The notes below the pieces were generated by a model. That model was not told where the DNA came from. It made no database searches and was given only the letters and a program-made list of their open reading frames with translations. The translations under genes were made by a program, and so were the position numbers. A stretch of DNA of 53,954 nucleotides from an uncultured virus (IMG/VR IMGVR_UViG_3300030328_001585) (Duplodnaviria; Heunggongvirae; Uroviricota; Caudoviricetes), in IMG/VR virus record IMGVR_UViG_3300030328_001585; one strand, written 5' to 3'. Below are positions 1-7,400 of the stretch, in pieces (position 1 is the stretch's first letter; the number at the start of each line of letters is the position of its first letter).

Positions 1-2
1 TG

Positions 3-416
3 GTTGAAGCAACCAGCAAAGAAGAAGAAATACACGGAAACTTTGGAGCAGAAATCATCAATATCATCAAAGAAGAGAACCCAGAGTGGTTTGATCAGGA
101 GTTTGAGGACTTAATTGATTCAGCTTGTAGAAAGGCATATGAAGCAGAATGTGGAATATTAGATTGGATATTTGAAAAAGGAGAACTAACATTCCTATCT
201 AAAGAAACAATTCAACATTTTATTAAGAATAGATTTAACAACTCCTTAGAAAAGATTGGTATGAAGCCCGTCTTTGATGTTGATTATTCATTATTAGAAA
301 AAACAGAATGGTTTGATATAGAAATTACTGCAACAAAAGAGGGAGATTTTTTCTATAAGAAATCTATTGACTATAACAAGAAAAGTAAAAGCATCACAGT
401 TGATGACTTATTTTAA
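3..416 (+). CDS. nrdB: Ribonucleotide reductase class I beta subunit, C-terminal part (5'-truncated by the window edge)
   Basis: Not in the ORF track. Frame 3 is open from base 3 to TAA at 414-416 and reads VEATSKEEEIHGNFG...FIKNRFNNSL...EGDFFYKKSIDYNKKSKSITVDDLF. It has the ExxH metal-ligand helix and the typical DFF..Y..DDLF tail, and lies directly upstream of nrdA. Confidence 0.93.
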   Translation, partial: VEATSKEEEIHGNFGAEIINIIKEENPEWFDQEFEDLIDSACRKAYEAECGILDWIFEKGELTFLSKETIQHFIKNRFNNSLEKIGMKPVFDVDYSLLEKTEWFDIEITATKEGDFFYKKSIDYNKKSKSITVDDLF

Positions 417-426
417 AAACCAACAT

Positions 427-2052
427 ATGGAATATAAGAAGTATTACTGGCTTAATGATAATAGCCGTCAGTTTTTATCAAGAGGATATATAACTGAAAC
501 ACCAGAACAAAGAATAAAAGATATAGCCAATGTGGCTGAGAAGTATTTAAAGGTAGAAGGATTTGCTGCTAAGTTTGAAGATTACATGGCACGTGGTTTC
601 TATAGTTTATCTACTCCTGTGTGGATTAACTTTGGTAAACAAAAAGGTTTACCTATTAGTTGCTATGGAAGTAATATAGATGATAGTCTAGATAGCATTC
701 TAAATGCAGGACGTGAGATTGGTTTAATGTCAAAGTATGGAGGAGGCACAAGTGCATACTTAGGAAACATAAGACCTAGAGGATCAGTAATATCCACAGG
801 AGGACATGCTGATGGACCTGTTCATTATGCTAAAATATATGATACTGTAGTAGATGTATGTAAGCAATCTGAAGCTAGACGTGGAGCATGTGCTGTATAT
901 TTACCAATTGAGCATGCAGATATTATGGATTTCTTAGATATAGGTACTGAGGGAAATCCAATACAGAATCTACAATATGCTGTAACCGTAACAGATGCAT
1001 GGATGGAAGAAATGAAAGCTGGAGATAAAACAAAACGTAAGACCTGGGCTAAGGTAATACAAAGAAGAAGTGAGTTTGGTTTTCCTTATATAATGTTCAA
1101 AGATAATAGTAACAACAACTCTCCATATAAAGAACTTGGTTTAGAGATAACTGCATCTAATCTTTGTTCAGAAATACAATTGCCCACTGATAGTTTCAAT
1201 TCTTTTGTTTGTTGCTTAGGGTCCATTAACCTATTGCATTGGGAAGAGATAAAACAAACTGACGCAATAGAAGTATACACTTTATTCTTAAATGCAGTAA
1301 TGGATGAATTCATCTTAAAGGCATCCCGCTTGCCTGGCATGAAGAGAGCTTATAGGTTTGCTGAACAACATAGAGCTATTGGAGTAGGAGTCCTAGGATA
1401 CCACTCTTTATTTCAATCTAAACTAATTGAGTTTGACTCACTGGCAGCTAAAGGATTAAACAATGAAATCTTTAAGACTATAAAAGAAAGAACAGAGGAG
1501 GGATCTAAATGGTTACATGATCATAGGGAAGTTAGATCTTTAAGAGAAGGTTTTGCTAATACTACTATGATGGCTATAGCCCCAACCAAGTCTAGTTCAT
1601 TTATACACGGTGCTGTGTCTATGGGTATTGAACCTATTAAATCTAATTACTTTATTAAGGACCTTGCTAAGTCTAAGACTGTATATAAGAATCCTTTCTT
1701 AGAAAGTGAGCTTGAAAAGTATGATTTGAATAATACTAAGACCTGGAAATCAATTCTTAAGCAAGATGGATCTGTACAACATTTAGATTTTCCAACTAAA
1801 GCAGTGTTTAAATCATTTGTAGAAATATCTCCAAAAGAAATAGTTCTGCAGGCGGCACAAAGACAAAAGTATATAGATCAGTCTCAGTCACTAAATTTAA
1901 TGATTGATCCATCAGTACCAGCTAAACATATTAATAAGTTATACATGTATGCTTGGGAAGAGGGTGTTAAGACTTTATACTATCAGTTTAGTAAAAGTTC
2001 AGCACAAGATTTTGCAAGGAATATTTTAGAGTGTTCTAGCTGTGAAGGTTAA
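427..2052 (+). CDS. nrdA: Ribonucleotide reductase class I alpha subunit (541 aa, no ATP cone)
   Basis: Motifs PISC, RRGA, SNLCSE (thiyl-radical Cys), IAPT.SSS, GIEP, TLYY and C-terminal CSSCEG. Start moved from 367 (which overlaps nrdB) to the ATG at 427, 10 nt after the nrdB stop. Confidence 0.96.
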   Translation: MEYKKYYWLNDNSRQFLSRGYITETPEQRIKDIANVAEKYLKVEGFAAKFEDYMARGFYSLSTPVWINFGKQKGLPISCYGSNIDDSLDSILNAGREIGLMSKYGGGTSAYLGNIRPRGSVISTGGHADGPVHYAKIYDTVVDVCKQSEARRGACAVYLPIEHADIMDFLDIGTEGNPIQNLQYAVTVTDAWMEEMKAGDKTKRKTWAKVIQRRSEFGFPYIMFKDNSNNNSPYKELGLEITASNLCSEIQLPTDSFNSFVCCLGSINLLHWEEIKQTDAIEVYTLFLNAVMDEFILKASRLPGMKRAYRFAEQHRAIGVGVLGYHSLFQSKLIEFDSLAAKGLNNEIFKTIKERTEEGSKWLHDHREVRSLREGFANTTMMAIAPTKSSSFIHGAVSMGIEPIKSNYFIKDLAKSKTVYKNPFLESELEKYDLNNTKTWKSILKQDGSVQHLDFPTKAVFKSFVEISPKEIVLQAAQRQKYIDQSQSLNLMIDPSVPAKHINKLYMYAWEEGVKTLYYQFSKSSAQDFARNILECSSCEG

Positions 2053-2172
2053 AAGCTTAACTCTTGGATCTATAAATACTATTTTATCACACCCATCACA
2101 ATAATAAAAGGGACCGTCTTCCTTGGTCCCTGAATAATAAGTCATGGCACGGCCACACTTAGTACAATTCAT
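2026..2172 (-). CDS. 48-aa zinc-ribbon microprotein (CxxC...CxxC)
   Basis: Manual translation: MNCTKCGRAMTYYSGTKEDGPFYYCDGCDKIVFIDPRVKLLTFTARTL*. The ATG lies 4 nt after the stop of the thioredoxin-like gene. It overlaps the nrdA 3' end by 27 nt. Confidence 0.6.
   Translation of the reverse strand: MNCTKCGRAMTYYSGTKEDGPFYYCDGCDKIVFIDPRVKLLTFTARTL
2101..2131 (-). terminator. Possible intrinsic terminator near the convergence of the late block and nrdA
   Basis: 7-bp stem AGGGACC(2109-2115)/GGTCCCT(2125-2131) with a 9-nt loop, followed on the minus strand by TTTATTAT. Confidence 0.5.
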
Positions 2173-2176
2173 ATAT

Positions 2177-2593
2177 TTAGAATGAGGCTTCTCTCTTGAC
2201 TACTTCTATTGCCTTTACCATCTTAGGGTAATCTACTGGGCATAAAAGATCAAGTCCTGCTTTGGCCTTAAATTTTATAAAGGCACTTCCTCCTGAAAAG
2301 ATTAATATAGTGGGAACCATTCTGACCTTGTACTCTTTCTTTAAAGAAGGACAGTCTGCTATGTTGGCTCTATAGTATCTCACCCCATCTAGGCTCTCTA
2401 CTTTCTTCCACTCTACAAAAGCATTGGACTTATTAAATTCTGCCCAAAACTCTATAATTATTATATCATCTGAATCACCAAATTCTGAATGACCACTGAT
2501 GACACTTTCAAAACTTTCATCGCTTACCCACTCCTGAGCTGTTATTGTCATTGATGATAGTAATGCTAGGATAAATAAGAATATTTTTTTCAT
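2177..2593 (-). CDS. Exported thioredoxin-fold protein lacking CxxC
   Basis: Signal peptide MKKIFLFILALLSSMTITAQ. Thioredoxin pattern IIIEFWAEFN ... YKVRMVPTILIF with the cis-Pro motif kept but WCxxC replaced. Confidence 0.75.
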   Translation of the reverse strand: MKKIFLFILALLSSMTITAQEWVSDESFESVISGHSEFGDSDDIIIIEFWAEFNKSNAFVEWKKVESLDGVRYYRANIADCPSLKKEYKVRMVPTILIFSGGSAFIKFKAKAGLDLLCPVDYPKMVKAIEVVKREASF

Positions 2594-2598
2594 GATGT

Positions 2599-2886
2599 TT
2601 ATTTCTTACTCAATTCGTAAACTCTCTCTTCAAGTTTCTCTAGCTTCTGAAGTATCAAGTCTACATCTTCTTGAGTATCCATTATGGTCTGTCGTACTAA
2701 TTCATCTTTTAGATCATATTCTACTCTGTCTATTGATGGTTTAGGTTCTATCATTGCTTGTGCAATGTCTGCTTTTAAAGTAAACCACATCGTTGATAGG
2801 GAGATTACAAATCCTACTATCATTCCAATTGTCTTTAAGTCTAATGTTACTTTTGTTTTTTCTCCTATCTGAGTGCTCTGTTCCAT
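2599..2886 (-). CDS. Single-pass membrane protein with C-terminal coiled coil
   Basis: Hydrophobic TIGMIVGFVISLSTMWFTL, then heptads VDLILQKLEKLEERVYEL. Confidence 0.7.
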   Translation of the reverse strand: MEQSTQIGEKTKVTLDLKTIGMIVGFVISLSTMWFTLKADIAQAMIEPKPSIDRVEYDLKDELVRQTIMDTQEDVDLILQKLEKLEERVYELSKK

Positions 2887-2897
2887 AATATAATTAG

Positions 2898-3140
2898 TTA
2901 TTTAATTGTATCGTAATCTATATCTCCATCTCCATTTGTATCTAACACTTCGTACCAGTATCTATGAAACTCATCAATACTGTCCATTTCTGCTTGATCT
3001 TCTAATATTATAAGGCTGTCTGCTACAAGTGTATCTGAGTTCTTCAATAACTTCTTAGCTTTAGCTGGAGAAATTATTTTATCTTGTTGGGCACCACATG
3101 ATGCTAACCCTATACTTAATATGAGTAATATATATTTCAT
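2898..3140 (-). CDS. Small lipoprotein with EF-hand-like loop
   Basis: MKYILLILSIGLAS-C lipobox; C-terminal DTNGDGDIDYD. Confidence 0.7.
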   Translation of the reverse strand: MKYILLILSIGLASCGAQQDKIISPAKAKKLLKNSDTLVADSLIILEDQAEMDSIDEFHRYWYEVLDTNGDGDIDYDTIK

Positions 3141-3141
3141 T

Positions 3142-4356
3142 TTATTTTATTGTATAATTTAAACCTACTGACATGTTATATAGTTCACTATCCCACATCT
3201 TTGCATATTCTCCTTCCCAAAATACTCCTAAATTTCTTCCAATTTTCCAACCAAAATTAATTCCTGCAGAGTAATCTGACCATTGCTCACCTTCTAAATC
3301 TTCATTGTTTCCACCTAGACCCCAACTGTTTCTGTGTAAATAAGAGAAGTCTTCATCTCCTTGTACATAATGATGATAAGGTAATATCCAGTTTGCATAA
3401 GCATGTAACCAGAACTTGTTTTTATAGTGATAGAAATCTGCACCAATGATAGGAGCAATCTCACCAAAGGCATCTAAGAGGGCCCATTGTTCATTGTTAT
3501 ATCTGTTCATTAAATGAGTAAATACAGTCTCTCTAAACTCTAAGTCTGTATCAGCTACTCTATTCCCCTCAGAATCAATCCAATACCAATCAGTTACTTC
3601 ATTTCCAAACTCATCTTCTTCAGTATAGAATATATCATCATATCCATATTCAAACCCCAGCTCATACCAATAGTTTACTGGATACTCTTGGCCATTAATG
3701 ATTTGAGTTTCATTCAACCAGATCTCAATTGGATTATAACCATAAGGACGGTCATGTGTTCTATAGATAGCACCGGCTGATATACTAAACTTCTCACCCA
3801 GTGGAAGTCTTAATCTTGCTTCTGCAGATTGATAGTTAAGATTTATTCTTCCTACCTCTCTTGACTCAGCCTTAACTATATGATATTTACCTGTGTGTTT
3901 TAAAAAGAACCTGTGGTTTTTGTAATCTTCTCCTCTAAATCTTTCTTTTTCCCAATGAAATTGATATTCCAATCCTTTAAAAGCAGATGTAGGTGCAGAA
4001 AAAGCCAATTGTGATTCTGTACCATCATAAAAGTTTTTTGGTTTTCTCTCATATCCAAACCTAGCAAGTTTACGTATACCAAATCCTATTCTATAATCAA
4101 AAGGAAAATCAGGTGTATTGTCTTCTACAACAGGTATAGAATATAAAGATCCATTAGGATTAGTCCTAACTATATATATAGGGTTCTTAGCTTCAACAGA
4201 GTTACGTCCATCTGCAGCACTATAAATTGTACCATATTTCAAGAAGTCTTCATATAAAAGTGTAAAGAACTTCTTGTCTGAAGAGTCTGACTGAGCAAAA
4301 GATAAACTAGGGAAGATAAATAGGATAAAAACCAGCAATCCCAAATAATTTTTCAT
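3142..4356 (-). CDS. Putative outer-membrane beta-barrel protein
   Basis: N-terminal signal peptide (..PSLSFA-Q). Trp/Tyr/Phe-rich with alternating amphipathic strands (FSISAGAIYRTH, IGADFYHY, SAGINFGWKI, LGVFWEGEY, MSVGLNYTIK). Confidence 0.65.
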   Translation of the reverse strand: MKNYLGLLVFILFIFPSLSFAQSDSSDKKFFTLLYEDFLKYGTIYSAADGRNSVEAKNPIYIVRTNPNGSLYSIPVVEDNTPDFPFDYRIGFGIRKLARFGYERKPKNFYDGTESQLAFSAPTSAFKGLEYQFHWEKERFRGEDYKNHRFFLKHTGKYHIVKAESREVGRINLNYQSAEARLRLPLGEKFSISAGAIYRTHDRPYGYNPIEIWLNETQIINGQEYPVNYWYELGFEYGYDDIFYTEEDEFGNEVTDWYWIDSEGNRVADTDLEFRETVFTHLMNRYNNEQWALLDAFGEIAPIIGADFYHYKNKFWLHAYANWILPYHHYVQGDEDFSYLHRNSWGLGGNNEDLEGEQWSDYSAGINFGWKIGRNLGVFWEGEYAKMWDSELYNMSVGLNYTIK

Positions 4357-4400
4357 ATTTAAATTTTAATTTAATCGTTAAAATGCTGCTGGTTTATACT

Positions 4401-4411
4401 ATAATATACAT
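4401..4411 (-). promoter_or_regulatory. Copy of recurring intergenic motif (TGTAWATTA), putative phage late promoter
   Basis: Minus strand reads ATGTATATTAT, about 45 nt upstream of the beta-barrel gene. Similar motifs occur at 32177, 46899 and 51163. Confidence 0.4.
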
Positions 4412-4462
4412 AATCTAATTGTACCTTAAAAATATTTCTCATGTAAAATTGGCATATATCTT

Positions 4463-7400
4463 CTATTTAATATAGAAGTCATCATTCTGCAGATATGAAT
4501 CCCATTTCTGTACTGCATATACTATAGGGAATACATCTCTAAAGTTCTTCCAAACTTTTAATTTACCTCTCTTCTTACCTTGTTGATATACATAATCACT
4601 GTTAGCATAGAATTCATCATTGGTAGATGTCATATATACCATTGGTGTATATATTGCTAATTGTAAGAAACCGGCTAATTCACCCATTGTTCTTCCAGCT
4701 GCTATTGGAGAATTAAACATTTGATATATTTGAATACCTCCTGGAGGTGTAGGTGTAAATAATACTAATTCTTTATATGTTCTATCTGCTTGATATTTTA
4801 ATATATTCTTAGCTCTTTTAGTTAAATCATCATCATCATCCTCACCAGCTAATAAACCTTGAAGAACCTCACTTAATAATAAAGTGGATAACATTATACC
4901 TATTTCTCCCATTGTTCTGTAAAACCCAAAAAGTTTATTCTGAGCTCTTTGATCTGCATTACCACCCTTACCATCATATCCTTTTTGAGCTTCCATAAAA
5001 CCTTGACCATAAGTATTAAACTGCATGTTACCTTTAGCAACTTGTTGTTTAACATACTTAAGGAATTTCCAAGCTGATATATATCTACCTTCCATCCAAC
5101 CTAGGTTTTGATCAAAATATTCTCTTTGGTATCTAGCTCTAATAGCAGGTGCAACCCACTTCTTAAATTGTGCTGCTAGGTTTCCTATAGTATAGCTTTG
5201 AATAAGCATTCTATCTTCTTTGGCATAGTTACCATGAATCTGCTTATTAACCTCTCTTATTTTATTTCTAAGGTCATATCTAAATTCATCTGTATAAGGA
5301 GTTTCTACACCATTTTTACTTACTATAGTATCATATCCAGCCTTAAGAACATTTTTATGAGTTTTAGAATCATAATCAAAAGCATCATATAATGATAGTG
5401 TCTCACCAGTTTGACTATTTTTAATAGTAGTATCCATTAATATGGCCATCCCTACTTTAGTTTGTACATTATACTCAGCAGCATCCTGCATTACATATCC
5501 CCATTCTGAAGCTCTAGCAAACCAACTCTTTCCTCCTTGTGTCTCATATCCTCCACCTTGTTCACGTACATCTGACATTTTATCCATCATTCTATACAGA
5601 TCTACAAATGCTTCCCACTTACTATTAGGTTTCTTGGGATCATAATCAGATTTGTTTAATCCAGGTATTATACCTAATGTTACTACGTCAGCAAGATCTG
5701 TAGTGTTATGTCCTGTTCTAGATACTATATCAAACAAGGCCCTTTTATTAAACTCTTTAGATGCTCTTAAGAAAGATCTCTTTGTGTAGAATCTTGATCC
5801 AAGCATTTCTATATTATTATTTACTCTACCAATAATATAGTTGTTAAAGTTACCAAACGGGTTAAATGCTACATAAGATAAAGAAGATAATTGAATTAAT
5901 CCATCTGCTATCTTATCAAATGCACCTTTAGTTATCATTTCATTATCATAATAAACCATAGACATCCACTTCTTTGCTCTCTTAACGGTGTTTGCCTCTT
6001 GATTATTTGCACTTGTTTTTCTACCTACTGACTTAATTTTATCTTTTACTTTAGAAACTAATTCAATTCTTGGGTCTGCTGGTTTATAAGATCTCTTCTC
6101 AATAACCTTAACCATTGCTCTTAGAGTATCATCAATGGTTCCCATAGTTTCATAGTTTTGAGCCATTGCACTAAACTTAAGTAAGCTTCCTGCCATGTCT
6201 TTACTGATCTGCCCTACACTTGGAGTAGATCTTAGTCTTTGCATTTTACCATTAAGTTTTGCTAATTCTATGTCATATGTGTCTTGGTCTATCTTACCTG
6301 CTTTATATTTATCTTGCAACCCAGTTATCTCTTTAGACACCTCTTCCATCTCACCTTCTAGCTTAGGTCTTCCTGTATAGAAAATAGGCATACCATCTAC
6401 TAACTCTCCTCTTTCATTTAATATAACTCCTTTCTGTGTAGATGTTTGTTTAAACATATTCCAAGCATTACTACCCACAGTTCTAGCATATAGTTTATTC
6501 CAGAGAGTGCCTTTTGTTTTCATGTCATCCAATACTTTATTATGGACTAGAGGAACTCTTCCTAACATTTGTGTCATAACACCACCCGGAAGTTTCTTTA
6601 ATAAATCATTCTCAAATAAATCTATAAACAACTCATAAAATTCTTTTTGTGCTTGTTCTAAAGCGTTGGTTGGATTCATAATCTTCTTATACTTCTCACT
6701 TCTCATATCCACACCACTTCTGCTAAACTCTCTTACAAATCTATATTTTACTTTTGGAGCACGGTAAGATTGGTCTTTTACTATAGCTCCTGTTGGCTCA
6801 CCATTAATTCTTATTGCCTTAGTGTATGGGTGCACTTCATAATATTTAGCTTCATATATTGCCCAAGCTGCATCAGAAATACCAGGTTTTCTGTTCCAAT
6901 TACCTAATGGGTTAGCATCAGTTCCAGGAACAAAGTATTCATATATATCCCTAGCATCTTTAAATTCTTGAGTATAACCATGATACTCTCCATCTACTGG
7001 GTTGCCATATTCATCTTTAACCTCAGCATTAAAAAATTCACTAAGCTTTCTTTTCTTGTTTGCTAAATCTATATTATAATCAATATCTTCCTGAGTAGCA
7101 TTCTCTAGATTACTTACATCTCTATAGTAATATGGTGTTCCATCATTATCACTTAGTTGAGACCGTATCTCTTGTTGCATATCATGATATTTCTGCCCTA
7201 TCTTTTGTACATAGAATCCAGTAAATTTACCTGCTTTATCAAACTCTAACATAAAATCATAAAGCTTCTCTAAGTCTTTAACGGTTGATAGTTTAAGAAG
7301 CTTGCTTCCTGCTCTTCTTATTAAGGTTTCTCTTTGTGCTATCTTATCTAATAATTCTTGTTTCTTAGATTTATATATCTTATCCATTACAGCCAGTATG

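Noticed and set aside
367..426. ORF-track start of nrdA at 367
   Set aside because: It overlaps the nrdB C-terminus; the ATG at 427 after an A-rich leader is more plausible.
2599..3140. Calling the membrane protein and lipoprotein a holin or i-/o-spanin pair
   Set aside because: The topology is compatible, but no endolysin is adjacent, the lipoprotein is not Pro-rich and the gene order is atypical. Kept only as one hypothesis.
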